DNA of 64,000 bases from Guillardia theta CCMP2712 (GCF_000315625.1 NW_005434672.1:606426-670425); one strand, 5' to 3'; counted from the first letter of the stretch, positions 1 to 12,990 are shown. Program-made: numbers and translations. The notes: generated by a model from the sequence alone, not told the origin.

Positions 1-119
1 CGGATTGGAGGGCCAGGAGGAGGAGGAGGAGAAGGAGAAGGAGATATTCACATCAGCATCACAGGGAGACATGTAACCTCTACAACTCTGACGGGAAGAG
101 AGTCGAAAGCAGCACTGAC

Positions 120-1797
120 ATGGCGGCGGAGAAGGTTAGACCAGGGGAAGACAAGAGAGCGCGGGGAGGAGGTGGAGGAGGAGGGGGGGGAGGAGCTGAC
201 CGAAGGATACAGTTGTTCAACGAGCTACTCGACTCCGCTTACGACAGCACCAACCGAGAAGATCCTCTCCACCAGCACAAGGAGGAGGAGGAGACAAATG
301 ATGAAGGGGAGAACAAGAGCAGGGGGCTGGAGGAGGCACTGGTTTCTTGCACCAAGAAGAAGTTCTCGCAGGAAGGGACATTGACAGCAGCAGGCACACA
401 GCAGGTCCGACGAGCTTCCTGCCCCCATCCTTGTCCTCCAACTTTGTTGTCAACAGCGACAGTTGTATTCCTCCTCCTCCTCCTCCTCCCCTTCCCCCGT
501 TCTCTTCCCCCGTCCTCTCTCACTTTGCCTTCTCAGCTTCTACCCATCCTCCAGTGGCATCATGCGAACCTCGAGTTTGCGCTTGGAGCTCCGTTAGCCA
601 ACGTTAGCAGGTCACTTGCCCTCCGTCATCTTTTTCCAACCCTCCTACTCCATCACCTCATCCTCCTCCTCCTCCTCTTCCTCATCCTCCTCCTCCTCCT
701 CCTCCTCCTGATCCTCGTCCTCGTCCTCTTCCTCCTTCTCCTCCTCACCAGCTCCTTGATCTACTTTGTCGTTCTTCCCTTCCGAGTTCCGACGGGGTCA
801 GCAGGATGTGGTGGAACTTCGACGACCTCTGTGCTTATCCCGGACAGCACTGGGCGCTCCCCGCGGGTTCCTCTCCCTCCTTAACCCCGTCCAAGGAGAT
901 CTGGATGTGCGACTGGGACAGTGCGTGCAAGAGGTGAGGGAGAGGAGGAGAAGGAGCAAGGGATGACGACGATGATGGAGAGGAGGAGGAGGAGGAGAAG
1001 GAGGAGCAGGAGATGACGAGGATGATGGAGAGGGTGGGTGGGTGGGTGGTGGAGGAGGAGGTGGAGCAGGAGATGACGAGGATGATGGAGAGGAGAAGGA
1101 GGGAGTCAGGGAGGGAGCGAGGGATAGCAAACTCACGGCTACTTTGATTCCTCAGATTGATTACGATCCGAGAACGCCAGGGGTGCGGGTGACCTCGCGC
1201 TGCTCCTCCTCCCCAGCAGAGGAGCAGGTGATGGATGCAGATGCTGTGGTCGTTACTGTTCCTCTTGGAGTACTCAAGGTACGAAGGCATGGGGAGGGGA
1301 AGGGGGAGGAGGAGGATGACGCTGTTGACTGCAGGATGGTCGCCCTGGTTTCAATCCGCCACTTCCGGCTTGGAAGACGGGTTCTCCACTCCTCCTGCTC
1401 CCCCTCCTCTACCATGACTCCTCCTCCTCCTCCTCCTCCTCCTCCTCCTCCTCCCACCACTCCCACTCCCACTCCCACTCCTTCACTGACACCTCGTCAT
1501 TGGGCAGATTGCATTCAGAGGATGGGCTTCGGATTGCTGAACAAAGTGAGCAGCGTTTTCTATCCCGTGCCTGCCCTCTAGCTGTCACACGGCCCTTTTC
1601 TCCTCCTCCTCTTCCTCTCCTTCCCCCTCACCTCCTTCCCTCTCACCTCCCTTCCGTCTCTCATGAATCGCAGGTCATACTGGAGTTCCCCTCGTCCTTC
1701 TGGACAGAGGAGCACAACAACGACTACTTCGGCGTCCTCCACCCTGACCCTCATCTCCGCGGCTTCGCCTACATGTTCTGGCCCATTGCTGCTACAG
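120..1797 (+). CDS. LSD1/KDM1 (LDL)-like FAD-dependent amine oxidase / histone demethylase, multi-exon, partial at both ends
   Basis: Spliced motifs LFNELLD, LQWHHANLEFALGAPLANVS, WWNFDDLCAYPGQHWALP, LDVRLGQCVQE, ADAVVVTVPLGVLK, IQRMGFGLLNKVILEFPSSFW (catalytic Lys kept) and FGVLH..RGFAYMFW match the LSD1/polyamine oxidase family. There is an apparent 1-nt frameshift near 863, and the 3' end runs into the gap. Confidence 0.85.
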
Positions 1798-1944
1798 GTG
1801 CCTCCTCTTTCCTCCTTTTCCTTCCCGTTCCTTCTCCTCCTCCTCCTCCTCCTCCTCATTCTCATGATCGTGAGGGGGGGGGGGGGGGGGGGGAGCAGGA
1901 TGTCTTATATTGGTTGATGTATTTTTTTCATTATTTGGATAAGA

Positions 1945-2044
1945 NNNNNNNNNNNNNNNNNNNNNNNNNNNNNNNNNNNNNNNNNNNNNNNNNNNNNNNN
2001 NNNNNNNNNNNNNNNNNNNNNNNNNNNNNNNNNNNNNNNNNNNN
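1945..2044. other. Assembly gap (100 N)
   Basis: Run of 100 N. Confidence 1.
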
Positions 2045-3620
2045 TCCCTCCCTCCTCCTCCCCTCCTCTCCCTGCCTCGTCTCTCTTCATTCTCTGCTAT
2101 TTCTCCCTGCTCGCCCTTGTTCACCTTGTCGGACTTAGCCGGGGAGGCATCTTTGTCGCCCACAAATGGTCTTGCCTGGGCTTGCGCTCCAGACTTTTTG
2201 AGAGCGAGAGCCTGGACGATGAGCTTGTAAGAAGGAGCAGAGATGACTCAGGGAGCTTTGACCCCTCCTCCTCCTGCTCCTGCTCCTTCTCCTCCTCCTT
2301 CTACCTACATCTGCTATATCCACTTCTGTTGACTGTGGTCCTCTTTCTCCTCCATTCTCCTCTAACCTCCCGTCTCCCCTTCCTCCTCTCTTCTCTTCAG
2401 GCGGGGGAGAAGGAAGACTCACCTCTTGGATGTAGGAGCGGAGCCTCGAGCTGCGGGCGATCAGGTCGCTGCGGGCGATGTCTTGAAGGTAGGAAGAGCT
2501 CATGGTAGCGAAGCGGATGTGGCGGAAAAGCTTCTCTCCTCGCAGCGGCTCGCCATCCCTCCCCTCGGACTGCCTCAGGATCCATCGAACAAGCGCCTCG
2601 TAGACCACTTCCTCCCCCCTTGCCACCAGTTGCTCGCTGTCACTCCGTCAATAAGGGGCACAGAGAGCAAGCAGGAAGGAAACGAAAAGGGGGAGGGGGG
2701 GGGGGGAAGGAGCAGAAGGAGAAGGAGGAGGAGGGAGAAGACCAACGGAGGGGCGTCGAGGGGCAGGGATCAATTTTACCTCTGCAAGAAACTCTCGAGG
2801 GTCTTCTCGTCCAGCCGCAAGAAGGAGGAGCTCCTCGAAACCTCCTCGAAGTTGTTCACCACATGCTGCCGGCAGCTCTCCACCACCCGGGCGCTCCCCA
2901 ACTTGGAGCTGAGTTCCAGCAGCTCGCAGCTGTTGCCGTCACGGTGAGGAGATGGCGGGGAGGGAGGAGAGGAGGGAGGAGGGGAGACAGGGAGACAAGG
3001 GAGACAGGAGGAGAGGAGACAGAGAGACGAGGGAGATATGTCTACCAGGTGGCTATGGTGATCATAGCGATGAGACCGTCCTCTGACGCCTCCTGAACAC
3101 ACTCGAACTGCGTGCTGCTGCGTCAGCTCCGTCGCTCCTGTGAGGAAATTTCCCCCCTCACTACAAGCTACAAGTTCTCTTCCTGGTGCCCTACCTCTGC
3201 ATATCTTGCTGACTTTCTCAAAGTGCTATCTAGTCTGCTTGCTGCCTCACACAAAACTCTCTTCTTCTCCTTTCCCCATCCCTTCCCCTACCACCTTCGC
3301 TATTCCTCCCCCCTCTCCCTGCCCCCCCCCCCCCCCCCATCTACATCGCACCTCGAGGCTGTTGGAGACGAGGAAGAGATCGATAAGCTCCCAGGCGTTG
3401 GAGACAAGGAGCCGCCCGTGGTAGAGGAAGTGAACGATCGCCTCCACCTCCTTCCGCGGGCAGTCATGCAGCACCATCTCCGTGTGACTTCCCGCGTCCT
3501 AACGGCCCGTGAGCGTCTGACGAGATCGAAGACTTGAAGTACCTCAACGAGGGTGTAGAGATTGATTTGACTCCTCTTCTGCAAAGGATTCACCCTCCTC
3601 CCTTCCCTCCTCCCTTCCAT

Positions 3621-3666
<46 letters not shown>

Positions 3667-6334
3667 TCGCTCCTGCTCCTGCTCCTGCCCCCCCTCCTAC
3701 CTGACAAAGGGCATGGCGGATGAAGGGACTCGAGGCAGCCAGCACCACTCGATGAGCCCAGACGAGCTAGCGGAGGAGTCAGCGAGGAGCAGGGGATCAT
3801 GCAAGGGGAGGCAGGGGGCTCAACCTCGTTGGAGGAGCAGCGGATGGAGAGGTCAAGGAAGTGATTTGACTCGAGCATCCACGTGACCATCGAGTTCTTG
3901 ACGACTTGTCAGCAGCGGCAGGAGGGAGAGGACGAGCTTGTCACCTCCTTTCCGAAGAGCGTGAAGGGAGGTTTCTCCGACCTGATCTCCAGCGACTGGT
4001 TCAGCTCCGCATGCAGCGAGTGCCTCTGCATCAGCTCCACTTTCTTCCTCTCCTGCCTCCCTCGTCACCCTCGTCACCCTCCACCTCCTCTCGTCACCAT
4101 GGTGTGCACCACTGTCGTGTCGCTCCCACGTGGCTTGGGAGGAGGAGGTTTGGCCGCCGCCTGTCACGCGGTCATACCTCCTCCGCTCCTCCCCAAGCTC
4201 ACCTTGCTAGAGTGAGGGGAGGCCTTCGCCTCTGGCTCCTCTGCTTTCCTCCCTTTCCTCGTCTCTTCTACTATCCCGAACTGCTGGCCCGGAGCTGGAG
4301 GCCGGCGGATGAGGCGAGATATGATTGTCTCCATGTCCTCGAACTCTTGATTGCCCAGGTCGGCCCCAGCTGTGTGGCGCTTGAAAACCAGCTCTACAGA
4401 CGTACCGACTGCCCAGAAAAGTCACCACTCTCCTCGTCCTCGTCCTCGTCCTCGTCCTCCCTCATTCTCTCCTGCCTGCCCCTCCACTCTTCTCTCCCGT
4501 TTCACCCTCACGCCCACTGTCTCAATCTCTTGCTCCTAACCTGGTCCGAGCACAGAGCTCTGAATCAAGTCAACGGAGCTGCGGTAGACGTCCTTCCCGT
4601 CCACCATGCTCAGCACATCCCCGACACGAATCTTGCCGCTCTCATGAGCTGAGCTCCCGTCCTGCAGGTGCTTCACGTAGAGGGCCCCTCGATGCAGGCT
4701 GCCCTTGTGGAACTGCCCGAACGTAATGCCAACTCCGACCTTGTCTGCACCGTTGCCACCCTGCTCCTCCTGTCATCTGACGTGGACTCTTCTCTCCCCT
4801 CTTCGCACCTCGTCTGTTTGCAGAGCTGTTCTCTCGACCTCCTCCTTTGGCATGCCTCTGCTCGGGTTGCTGGAAGCAGGTGTCTTGACGTCCTTTTCCT
4901 CCCCCCTCCTCTCCTCGGTCTCTGCCTGAACAGGTTTGCGGTGCGACAGAACTTTGGGAGCACCAGGAGGTGAAGTTTTCGTCGTCGGGATGTGAACCTG
5001 TTGAAGGGTTTGAAGGATGAGAAGAGATGAGACCGTGAGGGAAGGTAGAAGAGGATTCAGAGCAAGGGAGGAAGGGGGCAAGGGAGGCAGAGCAGGGAGC
5101 AAGTGGGGAGCGGGTCACCTCGTTGGGGCTGATGACCTGAGGCTGTTGACTCTTGTCAACTCTTTCTGCCTGCTCTCAGGGTTCAGAGAGCTCTGTGACC
5201 CTCCGCTAGCCAGATGTCCAGTCCTCACCTTCTCTCTCTCACTCGTCGCTGCTCCGTCCGGTGCGCTGGGCTTCAACTTGCCGGCTCGGATGTCCTGTAT
5301 CTTTGCATTCTTCTCCTGCAGCTTTCAGTGAGTCCACCAGCAACCTCGTAGGCGAGTCGATTCACCGCCATCGTCAAGGACGTATCGCGCATGATCTCAG
5401 CAATCATCTTGTTCCTGTTCCCTGCGTCGTCTTGACCTTCGCCACCAGACGGAGTGTGGGCAGGTCCAGCAGACGGAAGAGACTCGGCGCGAAGAAGTGG
5501 AGTTGCTGAAGGTGCTGGAGCAGGAGCGGGAGCTGGAGCTGGAGCAGGAGAGGGAGCAGGAGCTGGTGCGGGAGATGCAGAGGCAGCACGGGGAAGAGGA
5601 GCTGACGAGAGGTGAACTCAGTGAGTCTTCACGTGTAAAGAAGCGACAGACCTCTGGTTGGGGTCGCATCCTGCTTGCCGCTCACGGGCTCGACGTCTGT
5701 GTAGAGAGACTCGTCGACGTTGACGACATCCCTGTGAGGGGTGAGGGAGAGGAGGGGCAACCAGACCTCTCGCTCACCTGACGGTGTTGAGGACCGTGTT
5801 GATCTCAGTCTTGACTCCGTCCTTATCCCTGGGGGGCGACGAGACGAAGCGGGATCCTTTCACCGTCCCTTCATCGCTGTCTTGCAGGGGAGTCAGAGTC
5901 GGGTCGATCACGACGTTGGTGAGTGGAGATCGGTTTCCGTTCTCCTCTAGCCACTTCTTGATCGCCCATCGCTCGTACACGTTGCCATCCATAGCTCGCA
6001 CGGGCTCCTTGATCTTGTCGAAGGTCAGTGGACATTCTCCCCAGTCCTTCTGCCGTTTCTTCCCAGGGGTTCTGTTCCTGATCTCCGAAGGCTTCAAAAG
6101 CGCCTTCCCCTGCCGGATCTTCACGTCATCTCCTGACACAGACTGCAGGATGGCCGCGTCCTGCTCCCTCGCCGGCATGCTCGGGGAGAGGAAGTGGCCA
6201 CTGCCATTCCTCGAGCCCTCATGCTCTGCATTTCTCCAGTTGCGCAGTCCCCCAGGACTTTTGCTCCGTCCTCGCGGGTCGTCCGCGAGACGGGAGGCAG
6301 AGCTGCTGATGTTCAACCCACCCGACCTCCTCAT
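2045..6334 (-). CDS. U-box + PDZ + BTB/POZ + BACK protein (multi-exon, 3' end in gap)
   Basis: U-box ECPLTFDKIKEPVRAMDGNVYERWAIKKWL..RSPLTN (about 6040-5900); PA-rich linker; PDZ VGVGITF..LYVKHLQDGSSAHESGKIRVGDVLSMVDG..LGPVGTSVELVFKR (about 4740-4378); BTB AHRVVLAASSPF..AIVHFLYHGRL; BACK HVVNNFEEVSRSSSFLRL..EEVVYEALVRW..LFRHIRFATM. Exons join in frame through GT-AG introns. Confidence 0.8.
3622..3687 (+). repeat. (CTCCTG)n intronic microsatellite
   Basis: Tandem hexamer run inside an intron of the BTB region. Confidence 0.9.
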
Positions 6335-7616
6335 CCTCTCTGCGCCAGCGATAGTCCGTGGGCGGTAAGATTCATCTGTGAAGAGCGGCAAGCTCCCGTC
6401 AGCCCATGTGAAACGACTAGTACAGCTCAAACATGAAGTTAGAGGGTGAGACCTGATGACACTATCTAGATGTATTGCGATACGAGTATAACGGTGTTTC
6501 CCCGTCCCTCTTTCTCTTTCCCCTCGCCTCTCATCTGCTGTCCTCGCCTGTCTCGTAGTTGTACCTCTTCCGGACGATGGGAAGATAAGGGGGGCAATGC
6601 TGAAAAAAATCCTGTTCGTCCTCGAGGCATCATCCCCCTCTCTCTTCCTCCCTCTTCTCCTCCTCTCCTCTCTCCCTCCCCCTATCTTTTGCTCCCTCCT
6701 CTCCTCCTCTCCTCCTCCTCCCCGCTCCCATCCCCAGCATCTTCCGCTCCAGATGACCGGGCTGTCCGATTTCTGCGCTGCCCCAAAAGGAAAAGTGAAC
6801 AAGTATTGAATAATTGCTGCCCCCTCCATTACATAGCTATGTCAACCTGAGGCAGGCTCTGTTTGCCAGCGGGCTGGGACTGAAATCAACACTCGTTGGA
6901 TGACGTCAACGATTGATGAAAGCGAATTCAAAGAAAACAGAAAACCGCGAGGAGTATCAGAGCTAATGAAAGAGATCAACAATGCACAAGAGATTATGAT
7001 GAATAGAATGTGTGGGGACTAGAATAGACAAAGTGTTTGATGAATGGAATAGAAACGGTGAGTTGTTTCAGTGTAATAATGACCGGGGGGTGTATTAAGG
7101 ATACAAGGAGTGAAAGGCTTCGATGATAAATTTGGAGATGTCAAGAATGCCGGCAAGGCGGAACAGGCACGGTGAAGGTGAAGAAGGTAAGGAGATGGTT
7201 AGCAACGAAGGTGGAAGGCAATGAAGATGACGTGGCGGGATGAGGACCAGGGAGAGCGGTCGGCAGGATCAGCGCGTTCATAACCCCCCCTCTTGCTACT
7301 TAGGAGGTCGAACATGAAGAGTCTGAGCTCCTCTCTTGCGCCTTCAAGTTCCTGCCTTTGATGGCGAGCGAAGGGAAGGGACGAGGCTGTAAAAGGCTCA
7401 CGAGGAAGAGGAAAGGATGTCCTGGGACAGGGCCGAGTGAGCGCGTGGTGAGCCAGCGCCGCCAGGGTCGCGCAAGGGTGCGAGCTCAATGTAGGAGTGA
7501 GTGAGGTAGCATACAAAGAGGCTATCATTCAAAAAATAACAAACACATTTTCAACAAACAACATATTCCAAGAGAACAACAACATATTCCAAGAGAACAA
7601 AGCTACGGTAGAAGGC

Positions 7617-10600
7617 TCATCGGTTGATGTGCTTGAGGTACTTGAGCGCGAGGTAGGTGAAGAAGCGGAAGACGAAGATGAAGATGGCGAGCACTCCGAT
7701 GTAGAGCGGCACGTCGGTGATGTTGGAGTCAGTCGTGATGCTCCAGTAGTCCCACACTGTCATCCGGTGAATCCCACTCGCCCCCAAGTTCTTGGCCGTC
7801 CATGCTGCTCCCTTCATCTGCTGCACCTGTCCCGTCAGGTCATAGAGGAGGCTGCAGCCAGGGCCGTCAGCGTTGAAGGGAGGCCGAGCCAGCGACGTGA
7901 CGTTGAGCTCGTTGCAGTTGAAGCGGTTGGAAGGGTCTTGCGACTCAGCCAGGCAGCTCATGCTGCAGTAGAACTGCTTGGGCATGGCGGCCTTGATGCC
8001 GTACTTGGCGGGGAAGATATAGTAGAAGATCTTCCAAGGATACGGAATAAGCGAGCCGGGCACGAAGAACCCACTGAAGAGCACCATGATCCCCACCGTC
8101 GGCCCAGCTATCAGCGCTGCTGCCTGCGTGCTGGGGGTGAGGGCCGCAAGCATCTGACCCCAGAAGCAGAAGACTGTGCAGAGGAGGAAGACAGTAACCG
8201 CGTACATGGCGATGTAACTCGGGGCCGTCCAGAGCCCTACAAGCGGGTAGAAGATGATCATGTGGAGAGCAGTGACGGCGATGAGCCAGGGAATCTCTAC
8301 CACCGTGAGCCCGAAGATGTAAGCGAAGGGAGTGTACATGCCAGCAGCCAGCTCCTTGTAGTAGACGACCTTGACCTCCCCGAGAACCTGAACGGCCATG
8401 TTGGTCTGTACAGCAGCGGTGAAGAAGACACCGGCGAACAAGATGCCGTTGAACGACTGGAGTTTTGACTGGTCGGTCACATCGGAGAGCTTTTGGTTGA
8501 CCATGTTGAGCGAGAAGAGGAGGGCGATGATGGTCACGACGATCATGCGGTGGAGGTTGTATCCCACGTTGCGCCAGTGACAAGACGCCCACCTCCTCGT
8601 CGAGAAGTAGAGCTGCGTCGCGAAGCCCGTGGCATAGCGACTTGAAAAGTGAAGTTTCTCCCCCTGCGACAAGCTCTCCAGCTTCCGCTTCATCCCCTTG
8701 GCCATCTCCGACTCCTCGAAGAGCCTCACAAAGTCCACATTGTCGCCTCGATCCGCATGCGTCCCCAGACCAGCGCCGACGATGTCGAGCATGTACTCGG
8801 CGGGGTTCATCTCCGGCCGCATCTTGGGCGCGAGGGGAGAGCAGTTCTCAAAATAGTCGACCATGTTCCTCGCTGTGTACACCAGACCATCATGCCCCTC
8901 CTCCTGCCTCGTGGGGCCCAGGTCACCATTGTAGACCATCCAGCCTCCCTTCTTGAGGAGCAGGAGGTGGTCGAACATCGAGAAGATCTCCTTGGACGGC
9001 TGGTGGACGGTGCAGATGACTGTCCGACCAGTCTCAGTGATACGACGCAGCACGTTCATCACCATCTTCGCAGCTCGCGAGTCGAGCCCTGAGGTTGGCT
9101 CGTCGAGGAAGAGGATGCTCGGGTTCGCTGCCATCTCCACCCCAATGGTCACTCGCTTGCGCTGCTCTAGCGACAAGCCGATGCCCTTGCCTCCTATCGT
9201 CTTGTTGAGGACGGGACGGAGCTCAACTAGGTCAGCAACAGCCTGGAGCCTCGCAAGTCAGCGACGTCGGACGAGATGAGGACACGCACCTGCACGACGA
9301 TCTCCTTCTCGTCGCTGGAAAGCTCTGGAGGAAGGCGGTGGAGAGCAGAGAACCTAAGGGCCTCGAGAACCTGCAGGCACAACAAATCAGCTCAAGCCGA
9401 CGAGACCCACGGCCGTTGGCTCACCGTGAGGCTCCCGATGTGAAGGTCCGTCTGCTCCACATACCCGCTGATACGAGCGAAGGTTGAGAGCTCCTGCTTG
9501 TGCCCGTTGACGAGGATTTCGCCCTCAATCTTCCCTGACGTCTTCCTTCCAGCAATGACATCCATCAGGGTCGTCTTGCCAGCTCCCGATGACCCCATCA
9601 GTGCTGTGATCGTTCCAGGCTCGAAGTGCGCGTAGATGTTGTTGATGAGGATCTTGTCCATCTTCTTCGCCCCTGAGTCCTTGGGGGCGGGGATGGTGAC
9701 GGTGTAGCACAAGTTCTTCAAGGACAGCGAAACCTCCGGCGGCACTATGGAGATGCTTCTCAACGCAGTGAAGGCCTTCTTGCTGTTCTGCTCGGCGTCC
9801 TCGAACATCGCATCCCTCTCAAACACAGGATCCAAGGTCGCGTCTCCTGGTTTCTCCGTCTTTTCCTTGTCCTTGTCCAACACGATGATAGGCAGCTCGC
9901 ACTCGAGCCGTCGGAAGTGAAGGCCAAACGCGTACAGCAGCTGGAAGAGCACGATGATCGCCAAGAGGTAGATGAAACCCAAGGGGATCCAGATCTTGTC
10001 GACGGGGATAGAGAAGGTCTGAAGGTACATGTCACCCAGTCGCTGCTTCGATGGGCCCACGAGCGAGTCGTACACGCCGTTCCTACCCGGAGACATGAAC
10101 TCATTGATGGCCAAGATGCGAAGGACCCACGGAAAGGGGAGCATCCAGTAGATCCAGATGAAGTAGTCCGGGATGCTTCCCTTGGTCACGATGTAGCCGG
10201 AGAAGCACATGGAGAAGGCGATGAAGCCGATGGCGAGGCCCTGGGCTCCTGACGGGCTGCGGGAGTTGGCAGCGATCGCTTTGTAGATGGAAACGAAAGC
10301 CAGGCAGATAAGCAAGAGAGCCACCACAAAGGTGGGAAACGTGGAAGTCTGAAACCCGACGAAGAAGAAGGCGATGAATCCGACGATACAGACTTCAAGG
10401 CACTGCAATGGGAGCTCCGAGATGAACTCAGACATGGCATAGATCCATGTTGGATAGAAACCAGAGTCCCTAAGCTTGTAAAAGATCGGCCTCTTCATGA
10501 TCGCGAGGTTCACCATGTACACGTTGCTCATGGACAACATGGAGGACAGCAAGAACAACATCGGCACCTTCATCCCATCCTTGGTTGTCTGCCAAAAGAT

Positions 10601-12049
10601 TGTGCCGATGATGATGCCTTGGATCAGCCTTTGGATGATTATGCTGCGAACAAGCACTCTGTCGCCAAGAAGGATCCTGAAGGATCGATGGAAGCAAGCC
10701 TTCAAAAGCGTCTTATACGTGGCTCCAAAGGGAGTGATCCAGGGCATCTGGTTCACAGTGTTTGATTCCTTACACCGCCCATGGTTCACAGCCTCGTGAA
10801 ACCTCGGCTTGATGTACTGCTTGAAGATCCTCGAACGCTTCCACCTCTCCGCCATCTCCATTGGCGTCGGGACGTCGTCGGAGTTGAACGTCGACCAGTA
10901 CTGAGTGACCTCATCTGTGCACAGGGTGACAAGGAAGTCAGCTAGAGGAAGGTTTCCAGGCTTCTTGAATCCAAACTCTTCTTCAAAGTATGACTCAGCA
11001 TCGGACACTGGCCCGTGGTAAAGGAGAACGCCATTGGGACCGAGCAAGAGAATCTCATCAAAGAGGTTGACAACTTCCGGTGGTGGCTGCAGCAGGGAGA
11101 TGACCGTTGTCTTGTCGAAGACATGGCAGGCATTCGCGAGAGATTCCACAATGTCATGAGCAGCGGCTGAGTCCAGTCCAGTCGTGATCTCATCCATACA
11201 GTTCACAAGGGAGGTGCCGACCAACTGCTCAGCGATAGTCAGTCTTCTCTTCTCACCGCCAGAGAGTCCTCGCAGAGTATCACTGCCTGCTACTGTGTTC
11301 TTGCAGTTGTCTAGACCGCAGTAGTCCATGATGATGTTAACTTTGTTGCGAGGATCGCCTCCTTCCTCCTTGGTGCTCTTGGGAGCTAGACCATTTTGTT
11401 TTGCCATCCCTCGAACATGTCGAGAGGCTGTGCAATCGAACGCGAAGTTGAGAGTCTGCTGGACGGTCAAGGCTGGCGTGTGATCATCCAGCTGGGGAGT
11501 GTATGCTACGATCCTGGGCATGATGGAGGGGTGGGGATGAACCCCATTGAACGACAGATCTCCTCTCGACGTCAAGCCGCTGTCAAGCCGCTCCGCAATG
11601 TACTTGAGCAAGGTCGTCTTTCCACTTTGGGGGGGGCCAATCAGCAAGCAGATCTTGGCAGGGGCGAAGGCTGTGGTGACATGGGTAAGGATATGCTTTG
11701 TACAAAATCTCTGCGACTTGCGAAACAAGGAGGTGACCATGGACAATGCAGCTGTTGCAACTGTTTGAAACTCGATCATCATAACTTTTGCTTTCCCTTC
11801 TATTGTGACATCCTTGAGAGTAACAAAACATGGTCCTTGCCGGTGTCCTACTATAGACTTGGCAAGCTCCATGAGCTCGAGCTGCGCGTACCTTGTTTGT
11901 ACACCGGGACGGAGCAACTCTTGCAAACTAACAGAAGAATTTCCTGCATCAATCAAGACACGTATGCTGTCGGAAGCCCTGTGACCTTCATCTTCGTCCA
12001 CGCTTTCCGACGTCGCACTTCCCTGATTCAACCAGTTAGTCATCATCAC
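7617..12049 (-). CDS. Full-size ABCG / pleiotropic drug resistance (PDR) transporter, NBD-TMD-NBD-TMD
   Basis: NBD1 GPPQSGKTT, LSGGEKRR, MDEITTGLD; NBD2 GSSGAGKTT, LSLEQRKR, FLDEPTSGLD; two hydrophobic TMDs. Introns at 9371-9424 and 9243-9289 join the two long ORFs in frame. Confidence 0.95.
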
Positions 12050-12539
12050 ACCAGTCTGCTTATTCGACTCACATTGTCATGGCGCTGGGCAGCGTTTGAG
12101 AACGCCAAAGAAGCAATCGGATTGCTCATTATAGAGACCAATCCAAGTGCAACTTAGAAGACGTGATGGGGCGTTGTTCGCCCTTCAGAATCAGGTTGAT
12201 GGAGAGAGACTGGTCAATGCAAGCAATGAGAGCACTGTGGGGTACGGAGGATTGAACAAGGAAGAGCGAACAAACAGAGGAGGGGACGCAACGGTAAAGC
12301 TGAGGGGACCAGTCACGGGTTGGGAAGAGCCGAGGTGCCAAGGTACAGGGGAGGCCAGAGGACGGAGAGGACGGTAGTAGCTCACTGACTGACTGCAAAC
12401 GAGGTCATCGTATCTTGTAGATGTAGAGGTCCAAACGACTTAAAAAAACCTGTCACGTCCCCCTTACCTGGACCAAGGTAACGTGATCTGGTACAAAGTG
12501 AAGGGACGTGATGTTCCTGTTCCCCCTATCACCAACGCC

Positions 12540-12990
12540 TTTGAATTCGACATTGGGTGGGGTAGGCTTCAGTAGGGGTAGTTTTATCCATGGATCTGGA
12601 GGAATTCGGTTGGTAGGGTCAAAGATTTGTGTTGAATCTCTGAGGTAGGGTACAGAGGGACCGGGTTTAGCTCTACAAGCACTTGGGGATGACAGGAGGG
12701 GTCTCTAACATCCGTTGTTTGGGGTAGGGGGTGGTCAATTATACCCCGGAGGACCGGTTGCCCGTGGATCCGCCCCATGGGGGACGTGACTTTGAACCAC
12801 ACTCGGTCAGGTCAGCAAAATTCCGGCGGCTCGGTCCTGCGATCCTACACCTTTTCTCGGCCTCATATCGTACCGTCCTTCCACCCCCTCTATCTACTGC
12901 GAAGTACCCCCACCCCTCTGACCTCTAATTCCGAGTCTCCGGCCCTTGCACGGGGTGCCATCGGGCCAATCACCTCTCGATCCTTTACTC
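12540..12990. repeat. G-tract-rich (GGGTAGGG/GGGTGGGG) intergenic block
   Basis: Dense G3-5 tracts, then the complementary C tracts; similar blocks occur elsewhere in the window. Confidence 0.5.

Noticed and set aside
120-884. 254-aa ORF with a poly-Leu 'TM' segment
   Set aside because: It reads through (CTC)n-rich introns of the LSD1-like gene; only parts are coding.
5404-5589. Apparent stop ending a stand-alone U-box gene (LLPLLLQL frame)
   Set aside because: The phase-1 intron puts this exon in the APAPAP frame, which stays open and splices on to the PDZ/BTB exons.
6335-7528. N-terminal extension of ORF 5774-6829 and ORF 7199-7528
   Set aside because: Non-ATG starts, low-complexity purine tracts and no recognisable motif; probably UTR, intron or intergenic sequence.
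7561-7600. 21-bp direct duplication AACATATTCCAAGAGAACAA(C)
   Set aside because: Two copies only, in a 3' UTR; a slippage duplication, not a CRISPR array or a target-site duplication.
7497-8468. Long antisense ORFs (also 11396-12157, 19758-20567, 32037-32771, 61792-63198)
   Set aside because: Shadow frames opposite GC3-rich real genes.
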